Below, piece after piece: positions 34,424 to 48,240 of a DNA stretch of 64,000 nucleotides; within the stretch, counting starts at the first letter, position 1; every line of letters starts with the position of its first letter. The notes under the pieces were generated by a model. That model did no database searches and was not told the DNA's origin. It saw only the letters and a list, made by a program, of their open reading frames with translations. A program made the position numbers and the translations under genes. The DNA lies in the NCBI RefSeq assembly GCF_009914755.1, contig NC_060947.1; one strand, written 5' to 3'. The DNA comes from the human T2T-CHM13v2.0 reference genome, Homo sapiens.

Positions 34424-35472
34424 ACAATGAGATCACATGGACACAGGAAGGGGAATATCACACTCTGGGGACTGTGGTGGGGTCGGGGGAGGGAGGAGGG
34501 ATAGCATTGGGAGATATACCTAATGATAGATGACATGTTAGTGGGTGCAGCGCACCAGCATGGCACATGTATACATATGTAACTAACCTGCACAATGTGC
34601 ACATGTACCCTAAAACTTAAAGTATAATAAAAAAAAAAAAATTAAAAAAAAAAATTTTTTTTTTAAAAAATAAATAAATAAAAAAAAAATAAAACAGAGT
34701 GACTTCCATTTCCACCAAGGTGGAGAAACCCCATTCCTCCTATGTCCTCCCTCTTACAACTAAAATACCCTGGGTATAACACAACAAACAAAACTGAGTG
34801 GTGGGAAGAAAAATGAAGACTGTCTTGGAACTTGAAGAACAAGTGGTCAGCTCCCTGGGTTTCCTTTTTGCCTCTCACATATCCCAGACAGGGCACTACA
34901 GAAGCCTCCAATTCATAACTGCCACTAAGCACAGACAAAAAAACACTCTAAGAAAAGCCTGTTTCCTGTATCCAAAAAAAAAAGAGGTAAAGGGTCACTT
35001 TACAGCAGAAAACTTTTTGACCATACTTTTCCTACTCCAGTGTAACAATAACGGAAAAAGTTTTACCCTCCCCACCAGCCTACAGCTTCAGTGGGACCTA
35101 CCCAGAAGTTAAGATTCTATTCCATTTCTTCCCCCCACAAAAGCAGACAGCTTGCTCTTAATCCACTACTAGAGCATTGTTGGCAGGACTGAGCAGACAG
35201 CTCATCGTCTCTCCCCCATCTGTCAGAAGCAGATGGTGCTCCTATTCTCCTGCCAGAGTAGTGTCAACCCAGTCCAGTGGCAACCTAAGCCACCACACCC
35301 ACCAAGCAGCAAGGAGAATTAATGGCTCAGTATAAGGTAGGGCTAATTGCCAGTAGATTTAACCCCCCACCATCTCATGTCATTGCTGCCCAATGGGGGT
35401 AAGAGGTTGAGCTTCCACCCCTACCTAGTATCAAAAAGACTGAACAAGGAACTGCATGTCAAGACTAGTAAG

Positions 35473-35916
35473 CTCATTATGTTAAGTGAATTAAGCCAGG
35501 CACAGAAAGACAAACTTCACGTGTCCTCACTTATTTGTGGGAGCTAAAAATCAAGACAGTTGAACTAATGGAGATAGAGAATAGAAGGACAGTTACCAGA
35601 GGCTGGAAAGGATAATGAAGGGCTGAGAGGAGAGTGGGGATGGTTAATGGGTACAAAAAATAGTTAGAAGAATAAGACCTAGTATTTAATCATACAACAG
35701 AGGGACTATAGTCAATAATAATTTAACTGTACATTTTTAAATAACCAAAAGAGTATAAGTGGATTGTAACACAAAGGATAAATGCCTGAGGGGATGGATA
35801 CGCCATGTTCCATGACATGATTGTTTCACATTGCGTGCCTGTATCAAAGTACCTCATGTACCCCATAAATATATACACCTACTGTGTACCCACAAAAATT
35901 AAAAATAAAAATTTTA
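35473..35916 (+). mobile_element. L1MA 3' end fragment
   Basis: cattatgttaagtgaattaagccaggcacagaaagacaaac...gtacccacaaaaattaaaaataaaa. TSD aagactagtaag at 35461-35472 and 35917-35928. Confidence 0.88.
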
Positions 35917-36233
<317 letters not shown>

Positions 36234-37289
36234 TTAAAATAAAATAAAATAAAAATAAGGACTTTACTTTTCCCTCAGCCCCTGGTGCTAGGGAGGCCCG
36301 GTGGAAAGCTGAACCCCCACACCCACCTGACAGTAATGAGACTGAAAGAGGCAGCGTGAAGCAAGGCTAGTCACCACTCCTATTCCCACTGCCCTGATGT
36401 CAGCAAGGCCCAGTGAGGAACTGAACCACCACCTCCAATCAGCATCAGTGAGGCTTAACAAGGTGGTGAAAGGTAAAGCTAATTGGCAATCCGCTTCTCC
36501 CCCTCCCATCCCCTGATGCCAGCAGGGCCTGGCAGGGAGCTGACCTTACACCTCCATTCAGAGGCAACAAAATCCAGAAGCCTTGTCAGTCATTGCCCCA
36601 CTTTCACTTGGATAGTATCAGTGAGGCCAAGGGGGTAGCCGAACTTTCACTCCACCCATTTGCAACAGGAAAGTGTGAGTCAGTGCCCCACTTTGTTGCC
36701 AGGGTCATGTCAGCAGGGCACATCAGGAAGCTGAACATACTTGGCCCTCACATTATACCTCACATAGGGGTTTCCTGCTTTAAAAAGATTAAATAGAATC
36801 CAGAGTTTCATAATATATAATAATATCCACAATTTCAAGATTAAAGTTGAAACTCACTAATCAGAAAAGACAATCCAATGGACACCAACACCAAGATAAA
36901 TCAGATTTTATCTGACAATTATAAAACAGCTGTAGTAAAATCCATAATAAAAATTATCTAACAAGCAATTACAAATCCTCCTGAAACACAGAAATATATA
37001 TATAATCTCAGCAAAGAAATAGAAGTTATAAAAATAAGCAAATAGAAATTATAGAACTGAAAATTACAATAACTGCAATTTTAAAAGTTGGCAAATGAGC
37101 TCAATAGTAGAGTGGAGATAGCAGAAAACAGAATCCATAAACTTGAGGACAGATGAATACAATTACTTTATCTGAACAACAGGAAAAAAAAAGATCAGAG
37201 CCTCAGGGAACCCGTGGGACAATAACAAAAGATCTAGTATTCGTATCATCAGTGTCTAAAAGGAGGGGAGAGAGAAAGAGGTTAGGCTT

Positions 37290-39710
37290 TCTTTTTTTTT
37301 TTTTTTTTTTCATTTTTTGTGTGTTCATAGTTATTCATTGAAGCATTCTTATGATGGCTACTTTAAAAATATTTGTCATATAATTCTATCATCTCTGTCA
37401 TCTCACTGTTGGCTGTTGGCTTCTACTGATTATCTTTTCTTCATTCAGTTCGACATATTCTTGGTTCTTAGTATGATGGGTAACATTTTATTGAAACCTT
37501 AACATTTTTCTATTTTGTTTTAATGTTCTCAATCTTATTTAAACCCGCTTTAGTTAAAGCTTTTTGTGACACTGTCTGGTAGGCGTAGAGGGGCTGCCAC
37601 CTCATTACTGCCTGGTAGAAGTGGAAGTGTAGGTCCCACACTTGGTCTCCTCTGACACCTGAAGGATAAAGAGCTTCTCGTTACTGCTAGATTGGGGTAG
37701 GACTTCCAGCTACCTGTAACTAGCTATCTACTGATAGCTATCTACTGATTGATAGCTATCTACTGATAGCTATCTACTGATTGATAGCTATCTACTGATA
37801 GCTAGACCAGTTCCAACTGCCGGAGTCTAGTTATCTGCCAGGGGGGATGAAAGTGTCAGCTCTCTTCTTGGCCTTCTCTGATACCACATCAGCAGGGTAC
37901 CTTGTTACAGCCTCATGAAGGTGGAATTCTAGGCTCCCCACTCGGCTTTTGTTGGTTGTTTGTGTGAATGGGGTGGGGCCACAGGTTTTTTTTCTGTAGT
38001 GTTTGACTAAAGCGGATATTATCGAAAAGTTTTCTCTCATGCTGGGTTGCTCCTTTTTTGGTCCTTTGGCTCAAGAGAGCAGGATTTTGCTAGGGCTTTT
38101 TTTTTTTTTTTTCTGTCTGTTCTTGTTGGCATTTCTAGGTTGCTGACTTCTTCACTTCCAAGTCTGGGATTTATGAGGCAGAAAGAAAACCAGGAGAACT
38201 TATTACCCTGTTGCTCCCTGGGTCCCAATGGTCAGTCCATTTTTCTCTGTTCTTCAGATTGAGTAAACTATATTCATCTGTCTTTGAGTTTGTTGTTTCT
38301 ATATTTTGTCATCTCCACTCTATATTTTAGCCCATTTAGCAAGTTGGCTTATTTTGGTCATTTTAAATTTTAGTTATATAATTTCTATTTTTATTTTTTT
38401 AACTTCTATTTTTTTGTTTTGTATTTGTTCATTAGTTTCAAGGGAATTCATAATTATTGAAGCAGTTTTTGATGTCTATTTTAAAACTTCTGTCAAATAG
38501 CTCAAAAATCTGATTCATCCCTGTATTATATCAGTTGATTTTTTGATTCACATTATTACTCCTGGTTCTCATTATGATGCGTGATTTTTTTATTGTATTC
38601 TGGACATTTTTAATATTATGTTAGGAGATTTTTGACCCTACTTACATCTTCTATTTAAGCACTTTTTAAGTACAGTGTGTCAGCTCTGGCCTACTTCTGT
38701 GGGCTGTAATTCCAATGACAATTTTGTTTTCTAAGCCCTTGCAATGCCTCTATTCTGGTCTGCTTCATGCTCTGGCTCTACTTGAGCTCCTGCTTGACTC
38801 CTACTGGTGTTACCTATGGGAACAGAAGGTGCTTCCATGGACCATCCAGTTTCACTACTAGAAGGTCAGGAATACTAGACCTGCGGGACAGAGAAGGTTT
38901 TCTCTTAACTATTCTCCAGCCACCCAGAGCTTGTGGGCTTTCCACTCCATCTCTGCTAGTGCCTGCAGAGGAAGAAATTACCTAATTGGGCTCCCTTCTG
39001 CTGGGTAGAGGGACAGCAGGTACAGATTCTGTATGAGTCTTTGCCACTAGGTGGAGGTTCAGAAATCTCCTAGCCGGAGATCATTTTCTGTCATTTTTTG
39101 CCACTCTTTGGAGGGCCAGGAGGCACCAAGGCCTGTGTTGCCTTCTGCCATTGGGTAAATGTCTGTTGGCAGACGCCTGGCCTGGATTATCTTCTGTTGC
39201 TAGGTAAAGGGCTAGGAGCCACTGCATCTGGGGAGAGAGGGTTGGGAAGCACCTGGCCAGCTGGCACTGCTGCTGCAAGAGAAGTGCCTGCCACCCACTG
39301 GTGTGGGGCAGAGGATGGGTTAGCCTGCTCCGGTTCCACTGTTGTATTAATAGTTACTTTAAGAAGATTGGGTCCCCTGCCACTGGGTAAGGGTTTCCCT
39401 GCTAAGTCCTTGTTGGGCTTTCCTTTTTCCAATCCTTTGGCCAGAGACAGCAGGCTTTTATTTTTTTCATTTTTGTCTATGCATGTTGGTGATTCCAGGT
39501 TGCAGGACTCGCTAGCACTGGGATATATGAGAGACAGAGGGAAAACCCAGGGAACTCACCGCCATGTAGTTTCTCAAGTTGTGATGTCCCTAGCCAGTCC
39601 ACTTTCTCTTTTCCACTTTTCAAAGCTTTTGTGATTGTCCATTGAATTGTTTCCAGGGTATTTAGTTGTAGTTAAAAGGAAGAAGGCATCTTGTCCCAGA
39701 ACCAGAACCC
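37290..39710 (-). mobile_element. Old L1M 5'-region fragments, reverse orientation
   Basis: Ends catcttgtcccagaaccagaacc (reverse of an L1M-like 5' start containing aagatg); ORF1-like T-rich segments at about 37290-37560 and 38250-38680. Confidence 0.55.
37720..37805. repeat. Minisatellite: 14-bp unit GATAGCTATCTACT with a 32-bp higher-order period
   Basis: Exact units at 37733, 37751, 37765 and 37783, plus partial units at both ends; GATT spacers at 37747 and 37779. Confidence 0.92.
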
Positions 39711-39729
39711 TGACTTACATATATTTTCA

Positions 39730-40470
39730 ATTGTAATAAGTGGCATCCTATTGTCTTTATGTTTCTTCAATGTGCTTTTTTCACAGAATATCATGTTTTT
39801 GAGATCCACTCATTTTGGTAAACATACATGTATAATTTATTCATTTTAAATGCTATAAAATTTGCTCTTATATGAATATGCCACAAGTTATTTATTCATT
39901 CTCCTGTTGGTGGACAATGAGGTTTCCATTTCTCTCTATTACAAACAATGCTGCAGTAAATGTTCTCATACATGTCTCCTTGTGCACATGTGAGGGAGTT
40001 TATTTGGGTCTATATCCAGAGTGAAATTACTAGGTCCCAGGATATATACAGCATGAACTTTGTCAAATATTGCCTAATTGCTCTCCAAAATCATACCAGT
40101 CTATACTCTTGCCAAAAATGTGTGAGATGTTTCATTTTGCCACATTTTCACCAAAATTTGTATTAATGTAGTCAACTTTATTCAGCTCTTTTCCTATGAG
40201 TCTGCTTTTGTGTCTTCTTTATGAAATCTTTCCCTACACTAAAGTCATAAAAATATTCTTCAATATGTTTTCAAATACTTTAAAAATGTTTTTTCTCCAA
40301 TTTAGGCCTTTAGTCTGTGTCTGTGACTTATTTTTGTGTGTGGTCTGATAAAAGAATCTTATTCTACTTTTTCTAATATGGATAGCCAATTGCTCCAACA
40401 CCATTCATTGAAGAGTCCTTTCTTTCCCCATTTATAATGCCACTTCAATCATGTTTCACGTTCCCATAGA
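39730..40470 (-). mobile_element. Old L1ME 3' fragment
   Basis: attacaaacaatgctgcagtaaatgttctcatacatgtctccttgtgcacatgtg...ggatagccaattgctccaacaccatt. Confidence 0.75.
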
Positions 40471-40739
40471 GTCTAGGTTGACTCTGAAGTTTAAAAAAAC
40501 CCTTAAAAAACCCTTAATAAAACAAAAATAAATAAATAATATAAAAAAGTAAAATAATAAATAAAATAAAATAAAAATAACCCCCCAAAATGAGGGTTAA
40601 GTACAATATTGAGTTTAAAATGAGAAACTTTTTATTACAGGTACCCCAAATAAAACCTTAACCTTAAACTAACTTTCTACTAGTAAAGGAACTTTGAGGA
40701 TCAGGGGTAGGGATTAACACTGATTAAGTACCTGTTAAC

Positions 40740-40980
40740 ATTGATTAAGCACCTATGATGTATCAGATACTGCTGGTCAATTTACTGCCATGGTCATTTT
40801 ATTTATCCTTTGCAATAACTTTGAGAAAGAAATTATGTTATTACCATTTTAGAGGTAAGAATGCTAAAACTTTGAAAGGTTAAGTTGCCTAGGCCACACA
40901 GCAGGTTGGACAGAGCTTAAATTCAGGTCTGTCTGATTCAAAAGAGCTTGATTTTGTCAGTCTACTACACTGCTTCCAAG
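40740..40980 (-). mobile_element. MIR SINE
   Basis: aggttaagttgcctaggccacacagc...aggtctgtctgattcaaaag. Confidence 0.6.
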
Positions 40981-41489
40981 GAAAGCTCACAGCCCTGAAC
41001 TGAGGAAGATGTGACTTGCCCACTAGGAGTAGAATATGTGTTACAATGCACTGTTGTGCATTGAATGACCAAGTATTCTCAGAATGACTGCTTTACTTGT
41101 TTGCACTCCTGACTAGTGCAAAACATCAGTCTAAGATGAGCTCCTGCTTCCTCTCTCATCCTCTTCTAGTTTATTTATATCTCTATCTCATATTTCTTCA
41201 ACTTGAGGTACAAATTTGGTTGTCAGAGACTTTCCTGCTAAGCTCTAGGTAGCATGGGGGAAGAAAAAGTAAACAAGGGGTGGTTAAGGGAGGGCTAAAT
41301 CACTTATTCTTGTTAACAATTTTGGATTGGATTTCATATATTAAAGGAACCAAATGTAACGCTGATGTGATATCAGCCCTTGCATTATTTTATCATGTTA
41401 TCACAATTGGATATTGACTTCTTATTAAACTATCATTTTTTCCTCCTTTGAACTCGGTGCTCATTGCTCCCTAAGACTGTTATGAAGAA

Positions 41490-41690
41490 GTTGTAGTAAG
41501 TGGCAAAAGCAAGAGATTTGGTATCAGATAACATAAGTTTGAGTCCTAACTCTGCTTTTGGCTCTGGGATCCTACACAAGTGATATTTTCTTCCTTGAGC
41601 TTCAGGTTTCTTCTCTGTAAAATGGACATTAACATGAGTTAATGTGAGGATTAAATAAAATAACAATTGCAAATTTACCTTGTAAAATAA
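41490..41690 (+). mobile_element. MIR SINE
   Basis: gtttgagtcctaactctgc...ttgagcttcaggtttcttctctgtaaaatgg...gtgaggattaaat. Confidence 0.65.
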
Positions 41691-41784
41691 TGTGCAAAGG
41701 GAGGTTCTTATTCATCTGCCATTCTCTATAATCATTTCTGTTCTTTTCACATCTATACCAACAGCTCCCTGCTAGATGACCCTG

Positions 41785-41960
41785 ATGCAGCAACCCTAAT
41801 GCCATTGTTCTCAAATTCATAAGAATCACCTAGGACTTGCTTTGTAAATACAGATTTCCTGGCTCTACCCTCAGATTTTATTAATAGATCTGAGTTGAGG
41901 CCCAGAAATCTGTACTTTTAAAATTCTTTCCAGACAATTCTTTAAACACAGCCAGATAGA
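41785..41960. mobile_element. MER5-like DNA transposon
   Basis: gttctcaaa...agaatcacctagg...aaatacagatttcctggctctaccctcagattt...ggcccagaaatctgtacttttaa. Confidence 0.65.
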
Positions 41961-44053
41961 AGACATACTTTGCCTAAAACACTTACCACCATATATACAA
42001 AGAATTTCTTGGCCCTGAGTGGGATTCAAGGTTAAAGCAGCTTACAGTGAGAGGTTATAATCCCCAGCCTTCCCTAATGTTCCAAACTCCTATTCCGCCT
42101 AGGTCAAAGAGGACCCAGCCACATGATATCTTAACATTCCCTTCCACTGCTGTGATTGCAGCTGCATTGTGAGTCCCTAGAAGCAAAGCCTAGTAAATTA
42201 AACCAGCAATTATTGCTGTTTAAAATGGTAGTGATTTTAAGAGTTTTCTTTGAAAAGTCTGTCAATAGGAGCAGAAGACTATGAATAACACCAAAATATT
42301 TAGCTGTCTATTGAAATTTCTTTACAGTATCAAATAAAATGGGAACAGATGCAACTAGACCAGAACTTGGTTAGTAGGTAACAGATTTATTGGGCTTGCT
42401 CATTTTAAAAATTAAGGTTATAAACAACACATGTCAAAAATCCTATAAAACTGCTGTGGAAATCATCTTCCTGGAAAGCCAAAATCCCTGCTAATATTCT
42501 GAATTTGCTTTTCAGAACTGAAAATGGCATTGTATACATCTGCCCCACTATTTGAAACAATGTTTCCTTGAGACAGAGCTCACTCTGCCCTGAGTGTGCA
42601 TTCAGTAGCTACCCCAAAGTTTCAAATACCTGCTCTCTTCCCAGAATGTAATCCATCCAATCCCTTGAGAGAAGACAAATTCTGTATTTACAAATACAGG
42701 TGGAGTTGCTATGAGTTACAGTTTTCTGGAAGTTTTCATATATAGCTCATGATTTGAAAGTAAAAGGAAGTCATATGACAGTGAAGTCACCAGGTCTTCC
42801 ATCTATCCTGAAGGATAGAGAGAGACCTGATGAGAATCTCAATTGGCTGTTTTTCTTTTTACTGTCACATATGCAGGTTTCCTGTTGAATCTCTCTGGTC
42901 CACTGTTCCCTCTAATGAAGTCATGTTCTGTGCTCAGGGCAGTAATATCTTCAGAAGCAGATGTCTCCCATAAAGCATGACTTCATTCCTTGGAATGGGA
43001 AGAGCCAGCAGTAGACTGTTGGGCTAATGGGTGGGGAGGGCTTTATTTAAAAATAGTTTTCTAAAATAATGTGTTTAACTTTTTAATACATTTCTATAAA
43101 AAGGCAAATTAGTTTGTTGCTGTTTTTTGTTGTTGTTGTTTTTGTTTTTGTTTTTGTTAACCTCACTCCGTACTTCCAGAAGGGGCAACCACTAGACCAG
43201 AAGGAATGGAGTCCTCGCAGAGCACAGGCACTTCCATCCAGTTGTTTGTACAGATGGGTGAAAATTAGGATTTTCCAGATGCTGAATCTAGGCTCTGTAT
43301 CAGACCCCACTGAATCACAGCCTAGATTTCAACAAGCCTTTTTATAACAGCCCTGGAGCTTAGAGGAAATAAACTGAAGTGCCCAAGGAAAGTTACTGAC
43401 CCAGATGCTCCAGCAAATTAGGCAAGTGGGAATATTGCTAGAGAAGGGAAGAGTAGAGAAAAAGGGTGGACCAATTAGAAGGATGCAGTTTGAAGTCAAT
43501 CCAAACTTGCTAAAGAGAATGGGCTTTCCAGGCTATTCCTGTTCCTTTAGAAAAGTACATGTAGGGCAGTTCCTGAACACTGACTTCTCAAATTATTAGG
43601 AATAACCAAGATGAATGGCATCCTGTACTCTCTGACATCCTATCATCAGGGCTTACAGGCACTGCCCATGTGTTCTAGTGTGTTACTCACTTCTATTTCT
43701 GTCTATGCAGAAGGTGATCACTAAACAAGGTCCAAAGAGCTAATTTCCTAAACATGGAGGGCAAAGACCTTTTCCATAAACAAGATCCATAAACAAGGAA
43801 ACATGATAAGGTAGTTACCATCTGAGCTTGGTACCTTCAATTTGTAAATTTAATCACTACATCCCCATAAGAGGTCCATTTCAGTTACAGCTATGCATTA
43901 AAAATGAAGATATGCCAATAATTCTGTAAATATTGATTGATGGCAGTAAATACTGAAATTAAATTTCCTTTCCCAACTCCCACATTAGTCACCTTGGCCA
44001 GCAACCGGTCCTCCTCCAGATAACTCTTTAAGCTTCATCTCCACCATAAAGCC

Positions 44054-46324
44054 TGATACAGTTTGGCTCTGTGTCCCCACCCAAATCTCATCTTGAATTG
44101 TACTCCCATAATTCCCACATGTGAGTGGGAGATAACTGAATCATGGGAGCAGTTTCCCCCATACTGTTCTCATGATAGTGAATAAGTCTCACAAGATCTA
44201 ATAGTTTGATAAGGGCAAACATGTTTCGCTTGACTGTCATTCTTTCTCTTGTCTGCTGCCATGTGAGACGTGCCTTTCACCTTCCACCATGATTGTGAGG
44301 CCTCCCCGGCCACGTGGACCTGTAAGTCCATTAAACCTCTTTTTCTTCCTAGTCTCAGGTATGTCTTTATCAGCACCATGAAATGGACTAATACAGTAAA
44401 CTGGTACCAGCAGAATGGGGTGTTGCTGAAAAGATACCCAAAAAAGTGGAAGCAACTTTGGAAGTAGGTAACAGGCAGAAGTTGGAACAGTTTGGAGGGC
44501 TCAGAAGAAGACAGGAAAATGTGGGAAAGTTTGGAACTTCCTAGAGACGTGTTGAATGGTTTTGACAAAAATGCTGATAGTGATATAAACAATAAGGTCC
44601 AGGCTGAGGTGGTCTCAGATAGAGATGAGGAACTTGTTGAGAACTGGAGCAAAGGTGATTCTTGTTATGTTTTAGCAAAGAGACTGGCAGCATTTTGTCC
44701 CACCCTAGAGATTTATAGAACTTTGAACTTGTGAGAGATGATTTAGGGTATCTGGTGGAAGAAATTTCTAGGCAGCAAATCACTCAAGAGGTGACTTGGG
44801 TGCTGTTAAAAGCATTTAGTTTTAAAAGGGAAACAGAGCATAAAAGTTTGGAAAATTAACCTGACAATGGGATAGAAAAGAAAATTCCATTTTCTGAGGA
44901 GAAATTCAAGCCAGCTGCAGAAATTTGCATAAGTAATCAGAAGCCAAATGTTAATCCCCAAGACAATGGGGAAAATGTCTCCAGGGCATCTCAGAGGTCT
45001 TCACTGCAGCCCCTCCCATCACAGGCCTGGAGGCCTAGGAGGGAAAAGTGGTTTCGTGGGCCAGGCCCAGGGTCCCTGTGCTGTGTGCAGCCTAGGGACT
45101 TGGTGCCCTGCGTCCCAGCCACTCTAGCAGTGGCTAAAAGGAGCCAACATAGAGCTTAGGCCATAGCTTCAGAGGTTGCAAGCCCCAAGCCATGGCAACT
45201 TCCACTTGGTTTTGAGCCTGCAAGTGTACAGAAGTCAAGAATTGGGGTTTAGGAACCTCCGCCTAGATTTCAGAAGATGTATGGAAATGCCTGGATTCCC
45301 AGGCAGAAGTTTGCTGCAGGGGCAGGATCCTCATGGAGAACCTCTGCTAGGGCAATGCAGAAGGGAAAAGAGGGGTCAGAGTCCCCATACAGAGTCCTTA
45401 CTGGGGCACTGCCTAGTGGAGCTGTGAAAAGAGGGCCACCATCCTCCAGACCCCAGAATGGTAGATCCACTGACTGCTTGCACCATGCACCTGGAAAAGC
45501 CACAGACACTCAACACCAGCCCATGAAGGCAGCTGAGAGGGAAGCTGTACCGTGCAAAGCCACAGGGGTGGAGCTGCCCAAGACCATGGGAACCCACTTC
45601 TTGCATCAGCTGGATATGAGACATGGAGTCAAAGGAGATCATTTCGGTACTTTAAGATTTGACTGCCCTGCTGGATTTCAGACTTGCATGGGGCCTGTAG
45701 CCCCTTTGTTCCAGCCAATTCCTCCCATTTGGAACGGCTGTATTTACCCAATGCCTGTACTGTACACTTATTGTATCTAGGAAGTAACTAACTTGCTTTT
45801 GGTTTTACAGGCTCATAGGCAGAAGGGACTTGCCTTGTCTCAGATGAGACTTTGGACTGTTGACTTTTGAGTTAATGCTGAAATGAGTTAAGACTTTGGA
45901 GGACTGTTGGGAAGGCATGATTGGTTTTGAAATGTGAGGACATGTGATATGGGAGGGATCAGGGGCAGAATGATATGGTTTGTCTTTGTGTCCTCACCCA
46001 AATCTCATCTTGAATTGTACTCCCATAATTCCCATGTTGTGGGAGGGACCTGGTGGGAGATAATTGAATCATGGGGGCAGTTTCCCCCATACTGTTCTCA
46101 TGGTAGTGAATAAGTCTCACAAGATCTGATGGTTTGATAAGGGGAAACATGTGTTGCTTGGCTCTCATTCTTTCTCTTGTCTGCCACCATGTGAGATGTG
46201 CCTTTCACCTTCCACCATGACTGTGAGGCCTCCCCAGCCACGTGGAACTGTAAGTCCATTAAACCTCTTTTTCTTCCCAGTCTCGGGTATGTCTTTATCA
46301 ACAGTGTAAAAACAGACTAATACA
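44054..46324 (+). mobile_element. Complete THE1 (MaLR) element: LTR 44054-44395, internal 44396-45970, LTR 45971-46324
   Basis: Both LTRs are bounded TG...CA; 5-bp TSD AAGCC at 44049-44053 and 46325-46329; THE1-int motifs; polypurine tract before the 3' LTR. Confidence 0.95.
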
Positions 46325-46686
46325 AAGCCTTCCTAGGGCAACCTCCCAGACTTTGTTTCTTATCTCCTTGAGTCCATCCTTCCTGTCTCCTCCTTCTGTA
46401 CCTTTGTCTTTCATCCTTCCCACCTCTGATGCCTCTAGAGACAATAACATTGGTGCCTGAAATAAAAATAAATGGAAAACAGATAAGAAGAGATTATGAA
46501 CTTTTAAAAAATCATTGTAGCTGAGTGGACTGAGAAAAATAAACTGAGGTCGTGTATGAGTTGTTGTCTCTCAAGAAAGTGTCACACACTAGGAATAACC
46601 ATATTATTTTTAATGAAGGATACTGGACTTTTTTTCTACCAGGGAGAAAAAAGTCACCCAATGATATCCTAGAAAAAGGGAGTTAG

Positions 46687-47740
<1,054 letters not shown>

Positions 47741-48019
47741 TTATCTGTTTGTAGTACAAATATGGTACTAGCATATCTTGTGTTCAAACAACATTTATAA
47801 GTTGAATATAATTGAAAGAATTAACTGAAAAAGAACTTTCTACAGGCAGTTAAATCCTTCAAGGCCATTTCAGAATCTTGCTGTGTCTTGGGATAATTAT
47901 TGTGAACACCAATTTATATTGGATAAAGAGGTTCAGTTAATTGAGATTTCTGTTTGCTTGAGTTTGGGACAAATGAAGTTTATATGGTTATAGAATTTTG
48001 CAAAAAGATGAATTTGTCT

Positions 48020-48240
48020 TTATTGAGTGCCTAGAGAATATCTTACACTTGCTTTTCATGTTATCTTGTATAAACCTCATAACAACTCTATAAGGTAAGT
48101 AATAGTATCCCCATTTTATAAATGAGAATGTACTCAGAGAGATGAAGCAATTTGCTCAGTGTCATGCAGCACTTACTAAGTAGTGGAGCTGGGCTTGAAT
48201 GCAGTTCTGTGACTTCAAAGACCATGCCTTTTCCACTAGT
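48020..48240 (-). mobile_element. MIR SINE
   Basis: cctcataacaactctataaggtaag...ccccattttataaatgagaa...ctcagagagatgaagcaatttgctc. Confidence 0.8.

Noticed and set aside
37720-37805. Palindromic repeats as a CRISPR-like array
   Set aside because: There are no unique spacers and the context is eukaryotic; it is a minisatellite.
39098-39634. 178-aa ORF in GC-richer sequence
   Set aside because: Lies in a reverse-oriented L1M 5' UTR remnant; no recognisable protein motifs.
40490-40590. A-rich tract as the tail of a retrocopy
   Set aside because: No upstream mRNA-like body or TSD could be identified; treated as low-complexity sequence.
45176-45780. ORFs in the THE1 internal region
   Set aside because: Fragments of the decayed MaLR internal ORF and its antisense frames.
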